From positions 4,821 through 68,820 of the forward strand of contig JAURFW010000001.1 in assembly GCA_030834125.1 (NCBI GenBank): 64,000 bases of DNA, in the 5' to 3' direction. Under the pieces are notes generated by a model that saw only the letters and a program-made list of their open reading frames with translations, had not been told where the DNA came from and made no database searches. This DNA comes from Bacteroidota bacterium (GTDB taxonomy: Bacteria; Bacteroidota; Bacteroidia; NS11-12g; UBA955). Below, piece after piece: positions 18,871 through 29,044 of the stretch (positions are counted from its first letter, which is position 1; each line of letters opens with the position of its first letter). The position numbers and the translations under genes are program-made.

Positions 18871-19818
18871 TTAATTCAAGTGTTGAATAATTCTTTCGGC
18901 AAGCTCAATTCCTACACGTTCTTGTGCTTCTTTAGTACTAGCACCAATATGAGCAGAAAGCGATGCATTTTGCAATGAAAGAATCGAATCATTTATAGGC
19001 GGTTCAGATTCAAAAACATCTACTCCAGTAAAAGCAACTTTACCTGTATTTACAGCATTGTTTAGTGCAGATTCATTAATCACCCCACCTCTAGCACAGT
19101 TAATAATAATAACACCATCTTTCATTTTTGAAATCTCACTATCTCCTATAACTTCAGTACTTCCTGGTGTGTGAACACTGATTATATCACTACTAGTTAA
19201 GATTGTATCAAGGTCTTCTCCCTTCAAGTTTACGCTAAAGTTATTAGTTTGGTAATGTTTATTAAATGTAACGGTTAAGTCAAATGATCGGCCTTTGTAA
19301 TCATAAACTAACACTTTCATTCCAAGGCCAATTGCCATTTTTGCAACTTCTTGCCCTATCCTTCCAAAACCAATAATTCCCAAAGTTTTATTAGCTAATT
19401 CAAACCCTTTTGATGCCGTTTTCTTTAAAATTTTAAACTCTTCCTTGCCGAATTCAGGCATTCTTCTATTTGAAAGGTGTAGCATTCTGGCTACCGAAAA
19501 CAAATGAGCAAAAACTAATTCCGCAACCGATTTGGACGATGCATTTGGTGTATTTACAACGGGTATATTATACTCACCTGCAGCTTTTAGGTCAATATTA
19601 TCTAGTCCTACGCCAGCACGTGCAATTAATTTTAAATTGCTTTTTTCAATGATATCACGTTTTACCTTTGTTGCACTCCTTACTATAAGCACATCGAATT
19701 GATCAATTTTAACTAATAACTCATCTTGTGGGATGTTTTCTGTAGTTACCTCAAAACCTGCTTTTTCAAGCAAATCTTTTCCAATTTTATCTATTCCGTC
19801 GTTTGCTAAAATTTTCAT
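18871..19818 (-). CDS. serA: D-3-phosphoglycerate dehydrogenase (short form, D-2-hydroxyacid dehydrogenase family)
   Basis: NAD-binding GIIGFGRIGQEVA, a catalytic region containing ARGG, and its position between serC and DUF1015. Confidence 0.8.
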   Translation of the reverse strand: MKILANDGIDKIGKDLLEKAGFEVTTENIPQDELLVKIDQFDVLIVRSATKVKRDIIEKSNLKLIARAGVGLDNIDLKAAGEYNIPVVNTPNASSKSVAELVFAHLFSVARMLHLSNRRMPEFGKEEFKILKKTASKGFELANKTLGIIGFGRIGQEVAKMAIGLGMKVLVYDYKGRSFDLTVTFNKHYQTNNFSVNLKGEDLDTILTSSDIISVHTPGSTEVIGDSEISKMKDGVIIINCARGGVINESALNNAVNTGKVAFTGVDVFESEPPINDSILSLQNASLSAHIGASTKEAQERVGIELAERIIQHLN

Positions 19819-19819
19819 T

Positions 19820-20890
19820 TTATAAACCCTTAATAATATCCGCTAATACCTGCACACTTTCAGTTGGCATTGCATTGTAAATGGATGCTCTGTATCCACC
19901 CACACTTCTATGTCCTTTAATTCCGCTAATTCCCGCTTCTTTGCATAAATTATTGAATTTTTCTTCCAATGCTTGATGTTCCTCCTTAAATACAAAACAA
20001 ACGTTCATTTTACTTCTCGAATTTACTTCTGCCGTTCCAATAAAATAAGGACTCTCATCTATAGCTGAATACAGAATATTAGCCTTTTCTTCATTTATTT
20101 TTTGGATAGCTTCAACTCCCCCTAAATCCTTCAACCATTTTAAATTATGCATTGAAGCTAATATGGCAAATACAGGCGGTGTGTTATACATACTTCCAGC
20201 CTCCGCATGAGTATCATACTTGAGCATTGTAGGAATATGTCTGTGAGCTGTTTTATTATAAAGTTCTTTATTAATTATAACCAAAGTAACCCCTGCTGGT
20301 CCCATATTCTTTTGAGCTCCAGCATAAATTAGGTCAAATTTGCTAACATCTACTGGTCTCGAGAAAATATCTGAACTCATATCACAAATTAATGGAACTG
20401 AAGAATAGGGAAATCCCTGCATTTGAGTACCAAAAATTGTATTGTTGCTTGTGCAGTGGAAATAATCTGCAGAAGAATCAATATCATAACCAGTTGGAAT
20501 ATAATTGAAATTTGAATGAGCACTTGAAGCGCACTCAATAACTTCTCCGTATGCTTTTGCTTCTGTTATAGCTTTCTTCGACCAAGTACCAGTGTTTAGA
20601 TAGACTGCTTTTCCAGATAGGAAATTCATGGGTATTTGAAAGAATTGTGTTGAGGCTCCACCTTGAAGAAAAAGAATATCATGTGTATCCGGAATATTGA
20701 GTAATGTTTTAACCAGATCACATGCATCATCCATTACTTTTTGAAATTCTTTTCCTCTGTGTGAAACTTCAATTGCACTTAATCCGGTACCAGAGAAATT
20801 TTGTAAATCGGCAATACTCTGTTCAATTGCATAAGTAGATAATATTGAAGGACCCGCCGAGAAATTATGAATCTTTTTAATGCTCTCCAT
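19820..20890 (-). CDS. serC: 3-phosphoserine aminotransferase
   Basis: MESIKKIHNFSAGPSIL matches the SerC N-terminus, and YAGAQKNMGPAGVT carries the PLP lysine. The start is set at ATG 20890 rather than the TTG at 20902. Confidence 0.88.
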   Translation of the reverse strand: MESIKKIHNFSAGPSILSTYAIEQSIADLQNFSGTGLSAIEVSHRGKEFQKVMDDACDLVKTLLNIPDTHDILFLQGGASTQFFQIPMNFLSGKAVYLNTGTWSKKAITEAKAYGEVIECASSAHSNFNYIPTGYDIDSSADYFHCTSNNTIFGTQMQGFPYSSVPLICDMSSDIFSRPVDVSKFDLIYAGAQKNMGPAGVTLVIINKELYNKTAHRHIPTMLKYDTHAEAGSMYNTPPVFAILASMHNLKWLKDLGGVEAIQKINEEKANILYSAIDESPYFIGTAEVNSRSKMNVCFVFKEEHQALEEKFNNLCKEAGISGIKGHRSVGGYRASIYNAMPTESVQVLADIIKGL

Positions 20891-20934
20891 ATAGAACTGC
20901 AATTTTACATGTATAATTGCGTGTAAACAAGAAA

Positions 20935-21513
20935 ATGAAAGGGAAACTAGCGATATTTAGTGTTATCTTAATCTTTATTGCTACGAATAAGTCGCATGCT
21001 CAATATGAAGGTTTAGATAGTAACCGCAGGCAAAGCCCTGAATATAAGTATGATTACTCTCAAGAGCCAGGTACGTCAGAATTTGATTATGAAAAAATCA
21101 AATATAACGGAACTGACTTTTCTGCATTTGGAAGTGGAACTGTTTATTCGCTTGAGTTGATTCCTTTCACAGGCATTACATTGAAGGATAGGTTCTACTT
21201 TGCCGCTGGCGGGGTTTTGTCATTGTATTCCGATAATCTTAGGATGATCTATTCTGGAAATTACGGTGTAACAAGTATGATGAGAATTCCTATTTCAAAT
21301 TTTTTCCTACATTTAGAATATAGAGCTCAAAATGCTCTCACAGATTTAGATTATAGAGTTAGAAACTGGTATACAACTCCAATTATTGGTGGAGGATTTG
21401 TTTATGAATCTAAACTAAATACTATTGTACTAGTTGGATTGGCACTAAATCCAGATTACGGTAAAACAAACCCTCTTGGAGGTATAGTATATCGATTCGG
21501 AATTCGTTTTTAA
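20935..21513 (+). CDS. Small putative outer-membrane beta-barrel protein
   Basis: Signal peptide ending ...NKSHAQ, an alternating amphipathic pattern, and a terminal ...YRFGIRF (C-terminal Phe). The start is set at ATG 20935. Confidence 0.45.
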   Translation: MKGKLAIFSVILIFIATNKSHAQYEGLDSNRRQSPEYKYDYSQEPGTSEFDYEKIKYNGTDFSAFGSGTVYSLELIPFTGITLKDRFYFAAGGVLSLYSDNLRMIYSGNYGVTSMMRIPISNFFLHLEYRAQNALTDLDYRVRNWYTTPIIGGGFVYESKLNTIVLVGLALNPDYGKTNPLGGIVYRFGIRF

Positions 21514-22905
21514 TTAGAGTAAATACTCTAAAATAGTCGGAAAGATTCCTATAATCACTGTAATTACAATTAAAATTAATAAATAAACAGAATTTAAATT
21601 CAGTTCAAATCGTTCACTATTATCAGTTTTTTCAAATCCAGAATTATCGAAAGCATATTTAAATGGTTTGAAGTAATAGGCGATACTTATCGCTGAACCT
21701 ACCAAAGCTATTAATACTGCAGATTGATTGTAAGCAAATGCTGATGAAAATAATTGATATTTTGCGATAAACCCAATCGTTGAAGGAACACCCGCAATTG
21801 ATAATGTTGCTATAATTAATAAAAATCCATGTAACTTATTTTTAGAAAACAAAGCTGTATACATACTAAACTCCTTATCTTCTCTAGAATACTGATCCAT
21901 TAAGTAAAATAGTGAAATAGTTCCTAGACCATAAGAAAATGAATAAGTGGCTAATACATTAATATTTTCTTCAAATGGAATGAGAATAAACAACAGTAAA
22001 TAACCGGCATGAGAAATACTTGAGTATGCTAGCATCCGTTTTACCTTACTTTGACCAATAGCCATTATGTTTCCACCTAAAATAGTAATTCCTAGTATTG
22101 GTAAAATCCATTGTTCCGACCAAGCTGACATTGGTGCGAACGAATTAAATATATTTCCCAAAGTATAAAAGCCAGAAATCTTTACAATTACGGCCATAAA
22201 AACTGCTATTCTATTGGGGCTTCCTTCATACACATCTGGACTCCAGAAATGAAAGGGAACTGCGGATACTTTAAATAGTAATCCAACTGATACCAAAATT
22301 AATCCCGCTTTTAACAAAATTGGAAATTCTCCAAAATGAGAAGCAAATGATAATTTTAATTGGATTTCATTGAGGTTCAAGGTACCAGTACCACCGTAAA
22401 TAAATGCCGTTCCCAACAATAAAATTGCTGTAGAAAACGCACCCATTATGAAATATTTAAGAGCGGCCTCATTAGAATTTAAATTATCTTTATTACTTCC
22501 TGCAAGTACAAATAAAGGGATTGACAAAATTTCCAATCCTAAGAAAAGCATAACAAAGTGTTCTGCTCCCATTAATAATATCCCTCCAGATAATGAAAAC
22601 AGCATCAATGCTGGAATATCAGCTCCTTTTTTATCATTACTTGGCATGATATTCATTATCATAAAGCCAAGGAATAATAACAATGCAGACATCCATTCTG
22701 TAGTTCCTGAAATATCTAACATTTGTTGAGGAACCCATTTAAATAACAGGTCAAAATTTAAAATGCCTTTATACTCAAACCAAGAAGAAGCACTCGCCAA
22801 TAATAATAATAATGCTGAAGTGTTCTTTGACCATTGCTCAGGTTTATTCAACCCTAAAAATAGGGTTAAAATACCACCCATAAAGATAATTGAAACCCCA
22901 ATCAT
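21514..22905 (-). CDS. nuoN: NADH-quinone oxidoreductase subunit N
   Basis: Polytopic antiporter-like subunit and the last gene of the nuoI-N block. It overlaps nuoM by 4 nt. Confidence 0.85.
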   Translation of the reverse strand: MIGVSIIFMGGILTLFLGLNKPEQWSKNTSALLLLLASASSWFEYKGILNFDLLFKWVPQQMLDISGTTEWMSALLLFLGFMIMNIMPSNDKKGADIPALMLFSLSGGILLMGAEHFVMLFLGLEILSIPLFVLAGSNKDNLNSNEAALKYFIMGAFSTAILLLGTAFIYGGTGTLNLNEIQLKLSFASHFGEFPILLKAGLILVSVGLLFKVSAVPFHFWSPDVYEGSPNRIAVFMAVIVKISGFYTLGNIFNSFAPMSAWSEQWILPILGITILGGNIMAIGQSKVKRMLAYSSISHAGYLLLFILIPFEENINVLATYSFSYGLGTISLFYLMDQYSREDKEFSMYTALFSKNKLHGFLLIIATLSIAGVPSTIGFIAKYQLFSSAFAYNQSAVLIALVGSAISIAYYFKPFKYAFDNSGFEKTDNSERFELNLNSVYLLILIVITVIIGIFPTILEYLL

Positions 22906-24350
22906 GATAAAACTCCTTTCACGTTTAATAATTCTTTAAGTATTTGATCCATGCTAGGATTAATAATATCTATAAGATTTTGAGGAAATACACCGATTAG
23001 GATCACTGTAATGGATAAAATAAGAAACAATATAAGTTCCAGATTAACTGAAATACACATGTCTTTATTTGATTCATTCTTTCCCTCTCCCAACATGCTA
23101 AATTGAAACAATCTTAACATATAAACTGCGCATAGTATGACTGTTAATCCAGCGAAAACAACCATAGTAGTATTGTAGTTAAACAACGACTTTAATAACA
23201 TAAATTCACCGGGAAAACCGTTAGATAAAGGAGCCGCTACTGATCCAATTACAAAAAGGAAAAACCCTATGGTAAACCATTTTGATTTAGAAGCAATTCC
23301 ACCTAGATCATTTAAATCCCTTGATTTGTATGTTCTTTCGATTAAACCAATACCCCAAAACAGACCTACAACATTCACCCCGTGTACTAACATCTGCAAA
23401 CCTGCACCATTTAAACCATCAATACTTAATGTCAATATACCCGCAGTAATTAAACCTACGTGAGACAATGAACTATAGGCGATTATGCGTTTCATGTCGT
23501 CTTGTCTGATAGCGATTAGTGCACCATAAACAATACCGATAACTGCTAAACAAATAACAATTGGCTGATAGAAATCTATACTTTCAGGGACTAATAATAA
23601 ATACCATCTAATCAGTCCGTATAGACCCATCTTTAGCATAATACCACTCAAAAGCATTGATCCTTGAGAAGGAGCCCACACGTAAGTATTTGGTTGCCAT
23701 AAGTGAAAAGGAAACACTGGAATTTTTATCAAGAAGGCCAATAGAAATCCAGATCCAACCCATATTGATTCAGCGTAGTTAAGGTTTACCGCAAATAGAT
23801 TATCATAAGAAAATGAGGAATAATCAGTTTTCCCGTATAGGTAAATCAAGGAGGCTAACATTGCTAGAGAACCAACAAATGTGTAAATAAAAAATCTAAT
23901 AGTTGTTTTAAAACGTTCTCTTTCGGAATGAATTAGTGTAATGAAGTAAATGGGTATCATCGCCAACTCCCAGAATATGTAGAATAACAAGCCATCAAAA
24001 GCCATGAAAACACCATTTAATCCTACTTGCATTAAGAATATTAAAGGTGTGATTTTTGAAACTTTATCTTCTGATTGTGATGCAATTATAAATGGAATTA
24101 ATCCGTTCGTTAAAAGCAATAAAAGCCATGTTAAACCATCAACTTTTAAGTTAAATCGTATATTATCTCCAAGCCATGGAATATCAACTATTGATTCGGA
24201 CAAAATGAAATTATGACTACAATGCAGATTAAGAACTAATGTGAATCCAGCTATTAATGAAATTCCACTCCAAATCCATTTATTTGATAGCATTTTACCT
24301 AGCATCGTCGATGCTAATGCCAATATTAAAGGTATATATAATAACTCCAC
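22902..24350 (-). CDS. nuoM: NADH-quinone oxidoreductase subunit M
   Basis: Antiporter-like subunit of 482 aa, with PFHLWQPNTY and MLKMGLYG motifs. Confidence 0.88.
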   Translation of the reverse strand: MELLYIPLILALASTMLGKMLSNKWIWSGISLIAGFTLVLNLHCSHNFILSESIVDIPWLGDNIRFNLKVDGLTWLLLLLTNGLIPFIIASQSEDKVSKITPLIFLMQVGLNGVFMAFDGLLFYIFWELAMIPIYFITLIHSERERFKTTIRFFIYTFVGSLAMLASLIYLYGKTDYSSFSYDNLFAVNLNYAESIWVGSGFLLAFLIKIPVFPFHLWQPNTYVWAPSQGSMLLSGIMLKMGLYGLIRWYLLLVPESIDFYQPIVICLAVIGIVYGALIAIRQDDMKRIIAYSSLSHVGLITAGILTLSIDGLNGAGLQMLVHGVNVVGLFWGIGLIERTYKSRDLNDLGGIASKSKWFTIGFFLFVIGSVAAPLSNGFPGEFMLLKSLFNYNTTMVVFAGLTVILCAVYMLRLFQFSMLGEGKNESNKDMCISVNLELILFLILSITVILIGVFPQNLIDIINPSMDQILKELLNVKGVLS

Positions 24351-26233
24351 TAGAAAAATATCAAATTAACGCCTAACAATACAATAACTGCAATAATCAT
24401 ATACAATAGATAAAACTCTATATTTCCATTTTGAATTCGCTTATTTAATCGCGACACAACTTGAAGTAAAGGATAAATACCAAAGGAAAATATCTTAAGA
24501 AAAATACCTTCCCCGATTAAATGAAGTAAATCCCCAAGAATCTCTAACGGTCTAACAATAACCAAATTGTATGCTTCATCTACATAGAACTTATCTCTCA
24601 TAACAGAGAAAAATCCGGTTTCCGAATCAGTTGGAACTCTATTTCTTTTGAGGAAGACAATCCTAGTGTAGATTAATGCTGTTAAGAATACTAAAACTGC
24701 TAATCCTAATAAAATAATCTCTTCAGAATGACCGATTTCATGGTGTTCCATTATTGGCAACATTGGTTTGAGCCATTCTACAAGAGATCCTGATTCTGTG
24801 ATGTATTTTGGTAGATTTATTAGTCCACCAAATACGCTAAATACTGCTAAAATCATTAATGGAATAGTCATCACTAAAGGAGATTCATGAACTTTGCTAT
24901 AATCCCATTTTTCATTTCTGTATGTTCCGTGGAATGTTACGAAGAACATTCTAAACATATAAATGCCAGTTAACAAAGCACTAAGTAATAATAATATGTA
25001 AGGAATAAGTCCGTGAGAGTATGTTGCTGCTAAGATTTCATCTTTTGAGAAGAATCCACTAAAGAATGGAAATCCAGAAATTGCGAGCGTTCCTGCCAAA
25101 AAAGTCCAATAAGTTAATGGCATTTTCTTTTTAAGTCCACCCATGAATCTCATATCCTGTTCATGATGCATTCCATGTATAACTGATCCAGCACCTAAGA
25201 ATAACAACGCTTTAAAAAATGCATGAGTAGTTAAATGGAATAGAGCCGTAGAGTACGCACCCACTCCTAACGCTACAAACATGAATCCTAATTGACTGAC
25301 AGTAGAATAAGCCAGTACTTTCTTTATATCGGTTTGTTTTAATCCAATTAATGCGGCAAGCATAGCGGTAGCTAAACCAATCCACAGAATAAATTCAGTG
25401 GCAAATGGCGATAAAGCAAATAAAATTTGATTTCTTATTATCAAATAAATACCAGCTGTTACCATTGTAGCTGCGTGTATTAGAGCAGAAACCGGTGTTG
25501 GTCCTGCCATTGCATCTGGTAGCCACGTGTAAAGTGGTATCTGAGCACTTTTTCCCATGGCTCCAATAAATAACAGTATGCTAATTGCATTTAATAAATT
25601 ATCAGAATGATTTCCGGCAGCAATTTGATTACTAAATTCTGAATATTCTAGAGTATGGAATTTAGAAAATATCAAATACAAGCCTAATAATAAGCCAAGG
25701 TCGCCAATTCTGTTCATTACAAAAGCTTTTCTAGCAGCTTTCCCAAATTCGACATTTTTGTACCAGAATCCAATCAATAAGTATGAACACAAACCTACCC
25801 CTTCCCATCCGAAGAACATCATCAAGAAATTCGATCCTAAAACAAGAAGGAGCATATTGAAAATGAAGAAATTTAAATATGAAAAGAACTTGTAAAAGCC
25901 TTCATCATTCTTCATGTAACCTGTTGAATATAAATGTATTAATGCGCCTACTCCAGTTATTATAAGGGTCATCCAAACTGACAGTCTATCTATTGTAAAT
26001 GAAACCGACAGAGGAATATTATCAAGGGTAAGAAAAGTATATGCTTTCCAGTTAACTGAGTATTGAGCATCATTGCTTAAATCTCCAATCATACCAAAAG
26101 CGACAAAAAATGGTATTGCAACCATAAGGGAAGCAATACTTCCCACAACTGATTTTGGTAAATATTTACCCACTAATCCATTGAAAATAAATCCAAAAAG
26201 TGGGAAACCTAAAATGATAAGTAAATTACTCAT
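24350..26233 (-). CDS. nuoL: NADH-quinone oxidoreductase subunit L
   Basis: 627 aa, with GWEGVGLCSYLLIGFW and LPDAMAGPTPVSALIHAATMVTAG motifs. Confidence 0.92.
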   Translation of the reverse strand: MSNLLIILGFPLFGFIFNGLVGKYLPKSVVGSIASLMVAIPFFVAFGMIGDLSNDAQYSVNWKAYTFLTLDNIPLSVSFTIDRLSVWMTLIITGVGALIHLYSTGYMKNDEGFYKFFSYLNFFIFNMLLLVLGSNFLMMFFGWEGVGLCSYLLIGFWYKNVEFGKAARKAFVMNRIGDLGLLLGLYLIFSKFHTLEYSEFSNQIAAGNHSDNLLNAISILLFIGAMGKSAQIPLYTWLPDAMAGPTPVSALIHAATMVTAGIYLIIRNQILFALSPFATEFILWIGLATAMLAALIGLKQTDIKKVLAYSTVSQLGFMFVALGVGAYSTALFHLTTHAFFKALLFLGAGSVIHGMHHEQDMRFMGGLKKKMPLTYWTFLAGTLAISGFPFFSGFFSKDEILAATYSHGLIPYILLLLSALLTGIYMFRMFFVTFHGTYRNEKWDYSKVHESPLVMTIPLMILAVFSVFGGLINLPKYITESGSLVEWLKPMLPIMEHHEIGHSEEIILLGLAVLVFLTALIYTRIVFLKRNRVPTDSETGFFSVMRDKFYVDEAYNLVIVRPLEILGDLLHLIGEGIFLKIFSFGIYPLLQVVSRLNKRIQNGNIEFYLLYMIIAVIVLLGVNLIFF

Positions 26234-26565
26234 TAATCCTTCAAACTATCCAAGAAACTCACATCAGTTTTACGCGTATTGCGATAAACCATTACTATAA
26301 TTGCTAATCCCACTGCCGCTTCTGCTGCCGCCACAACCATAATGAAAAACACAAACATTTGTCCATTTGCTTGAGCATCTCCCATGTATTCGGAAAATGC
26401 AACCATTAATAGGTTGACGGCATTTAGCATTAATTCTATGCACATCAAAAGAACAATTGCATTCCTCCTAAATAATACCCCAAACATACCTATACTGAAT
26501 AAAACAGTAGATAGATAGATGTAATGGCTAATGTCTAAAGACTTAAAAATATTTAATAATTGCAT
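26233..26565 (-). CDS. nuoK: NADH-quinone oxidoreductase subunit K
   Basis: 110 aa with 3 TM segments and MCIELMLNAVNL...AAAEAAVGLAI. Confidence 0.9.
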   Translation of the reverse strand: MQLLNIFKSLDISHYIYLSTVLFSIGMFGVLFRRNAIVLLMCIELMLNAVNLLMVAFSEYMGDAQANGQMFVFFIMVVAAAEAAVGLAIIVMVYRNTRKTDVSFLDSLKD

Positions 26566-27107
26566 TATGAATTACCCTTATCTAATAAACTCTCTGAATT
26601 CGACTCTCTTTTTCCAAGTAAAACAGCACCTACCATAGCAGATACGAATAATATTCCGGATAATTCAAATGGAACCAAATAGTCCGTCATTAGCACTCTA
26701 CCCAGATTTTTTACTAAACCAATATCATCTGCACTACCTTTGTAAATAGCCACACCTGATTTTTGGAATGCTGCAGTAATTACAAGCAATAACATTCCTG
26801 CCGAAATAGTAGCGGCTATTCCCCAAATTTTAGATTTAACAGGCTCACTATCCTTATTTAAATTTAAAAGCATCAATACAAAAAGGAAAAGCACCATAAT
26901 TGCACCAGCATAAACCATTAAGTTTACAATTGCTAAAAACTGAGCATTCAACAATACATAGTGAGCAGAAATGCTAAAAAAAGCTAATATTAAAGCCAAT
27001 ACTGAATGTACTGGATTTTTACTTGTAACCACGTACAATGCACATAGAATGGTAATGAATGACAACACCAAAAAAGGCAGTGGTAAACTAAATAAACTAT
27101 TCATCAT
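26565..27107 (-). CDS. nuoJ: NADH-quinone oxidoreductase subunit J
   Basis: Polytopic ND6-like protein. The start is placed at the ATGA overlap with the nuoI stop (27107). The track ORF extends to 27125. Confidence 0.8.
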   Translation of the reverse strand: MMNSLFSLPLPFLVLSFITILCALYVVTSKNPVHSVLALILAFFSISAHYVLLNAQFLAIVNLMVYAGAIMVLFLFVLMLLNLNKDSEPVKSKIWGIAATISAGMLLLVITAAFQKSGVAIYKGSADDIGLVKNLGRVLMTDYLVPFELSGILFVSAMVGAVLLGKRESNSESLLDKGNS

Positions 27108-27643
27108 GAATTTTGATATTCCCAAATCTGGCGCTTTGTAATATCAATGCGCTCATCAACTTTTTCTACTAGTTTGTCTTTACCGTAGATGAACTCATCA
27201 CGGCCAAAATCAGCATCAACGATACGCTCGGTTAAGAAAATAGCCTGTTTAGGACAAGCTTCTTCACATAAACCACAAAATATGCATCTTAACATATTTA
27301 TTTCGTAAGTCTTTGCATACTTTTCCTCGCGATATAGTTTTTCATCACCGTTGTTTCGTTCAGCTGCTTCCATCGTGATCGCCTCTGCAGGACAAGCAAC
27401 AGCGCATAGTCCACAAGCTGTGCAACGTTCTCTTCCTTCATCATCTCGCTTTAGAACATGTTGACCTCTAAAAATAGGTGTAACCGGCTTTTTCTGTTCT
27501 GGATACGAAACTGTCGTTTTCTTCATAAAAAAGTGCTTGAGAGTGATACTCATACCCTTGAAAATGGCTGGAAGATATATTCTTTCCATCAAACTCATTT
27601 TTTTATCAACGACGTTTTTTGATCTGTTTGTTAATGACTGCAT
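27104..27643 (-). CDS. nuoI: NADH-quinone oxidoreductase subunit I (2x[4Fe-4S])
   Basis: CTACGLCAVACP and CIFCGLCEEACP ferredoxin motifs. Confidence 0.92.
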   Translation of the reverse strand: MQSLTNRSKNVVDKKMSLMERIYLPAIFKGMSITLKHFFMKKTTVSYPEQKKPVTPIFRGQHVLKRDDEGRERCTACGLCAVACPAEAITMEAAERNNGDEKLYREEKYAKTYEINMLRCIFCGLCEEACPKQAIFLTERIVDADFGRDEFIYGKDKLVEKVDERIDITKRQIWEYQNS

Positions 27644-27675
27644 TTAAATCCTTTTGTCTTAAGACTTTTAACCAA

Positions 27676-28920
27676 TTAATTCCTTAAATGTTCAAGTTTT
27701 ATCTTGTACTTTGAGTCGATTATTTTTTGTTTTCTTTGCTTTTCATCAAGACCACACATTTCCTCTAAAGATAACTCTTCGGTATATGAATCATCAGACA
27801 ATTTGAAAATAAAGTATGGATCTTCTATCGTTTTGTAATGAAAAACGAATTCATTTCCCTCTTTTAAGCCTTTGATTATTTTTACTGGGTTATTTTGTAC
27901 CAAATAAGCTTCTTCAATCTGTTGAGTTTTGTCCTTGAGTATGGTAGAATGTGATTTGCCTTCTGCATCGGCTAAAAGCATCGCACCTTCAGGATCCAGA
28001 TTACTCGGGCATTTAGTACTGATTTCAAAAGTCACAGATTCTCTACCTTGAACTCTTCGAACTACAGATTTTGCACCAGTTCTAGATCTACCCGCGGAAT
28101 TAGTTTTTGTGTTCAATGCAAGAACCTTAACTCTTGATTTTTTGTATGCTTCATAGTTATTAGGATCATAGGATACTTTTATCGGTCTTTCCAAACAAGT
28201 ATCTATTGTAAAATCAATCTTAGCAACCCCTACCCAACTCATACCTTGGTCCTTCTTGTAAACTAATGGCACACCACTTTTAATAATATCGATTGGAGTA
28301 GTTAACATTTTAACGTTAACACCAAAGTCTTTTTTACGCGATTTTGCACCTAAAAGAGCAGCATCGCACTTTTTCATAGTCAACATCAGACCAGAAGAAA
28401 GTTTAATAGTTGTATCTTCTTCACAGCTAGGACCAGTTGGAGCGGCCGGCTTTGATGCTGGTTTTGGCTTGGGTTTCTCAATTACAGCAATTTCTACTCT
28501 TCGGTTTCTAGACGCTTTTTCTTCTGAAGTTTCATTTACTCTAGGTTTTGATCTGCCAAAATATTTAGGTGGTAATATAAAATCGGGATTTAATTCTAAA
28601 TCAACCAATATATCGAATACATTATCGACCCTGTCTTTTGAGAGTTCTAAATTATATTCATCATTCCCTGTACTATCTGTATGTCCAGTAAGTATTAATC
28701 GATACTCTTCGATGTTTTTTAATTTCTTTACCAGTACTTTAAGCTTGCTTTCTTCTTTCGAGGTAATCTCTGAAGAGTTTACTTCATAATAAATATTTAC
28801 TGCAGGTGTCAATTCACGAGGTTCGTCAGGAATTGTGATTTTTTGAGCAAATAAATTAGAACTTGTTTTGATTAAAATCAATCCCGTGAAAATCCATCTG
28901 TTAATATTGAAGTATTTCAT
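27676..28920 (-). CDS. Secreted protein with an N-terminal OmpA-like peptidoglycan-binding domain and an unknown 260-aa C-terminal domain
   Basis: Signal peptide ...SNLFAQ. LTGHTDSTGNDEYNLELSKDRVDNV...NRRVEIAV is the OmpA_C-like motif. A KPKPKPASKPAAPTGP linker follows, then an unrecognised domain. The gene ends 32 nt upstream of nuoI. Confidence 0.7.
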   Translation of the reverse strand: MKYFNINRWIFTGLILIKTSSNLFAQKITIPDEPRELTPAVNIYYEVNSSEITSKEESKLKVLVKKLKNIEEYRLILTGHTDSTGNDEYNLELSKDRVDNVFDILVDLELNPDFILPPKYFGRSKPRVNETSEEKASRNRRVEIAVIEKPKPKPASKPAAPTGPSCEEDTTIKLSSGLMLTMKKCDAALLGAKSRKKDFGVNVKMLTTPIDIIKSGVPLVYKKDQGMSWVGVAKIDFTIDTCLERPIKVSYDPNNYEAYKKSRVKVLALNTKTNSAGRSRTGAKSVVRRVQGRESVTFEISTKCPSNLDPEGAMLLADAEGKSHSTILKDKTQQIEEAYLVQNNPVKIIKGLKEGNEFVFHYKTIEDPYFIFKLSDDSYTEELSLEEMCGLDEKQRKQKIIDSKYKIKLEHLRN

Positions 28921-29028
28921 AATAAGACTACAATTTGGTGCGAAAATAAATCAAAACTTTATGTCTTTCTCCATATGTTTATAATATGCCAATCATTTTT
29001 TTAAACAATGTTTTAGAATTGCAATTCT

Positions 29029-29036
29029 TATATTTG
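29029..29036 (+). promoter_or_regulatory. Bacteroidota -7 promoter box
   Basis: TATATTTG ends 8 nt before ATG 29045. Confidence 0.45.
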
Positions 29037-29044
29037 GAAATCAT

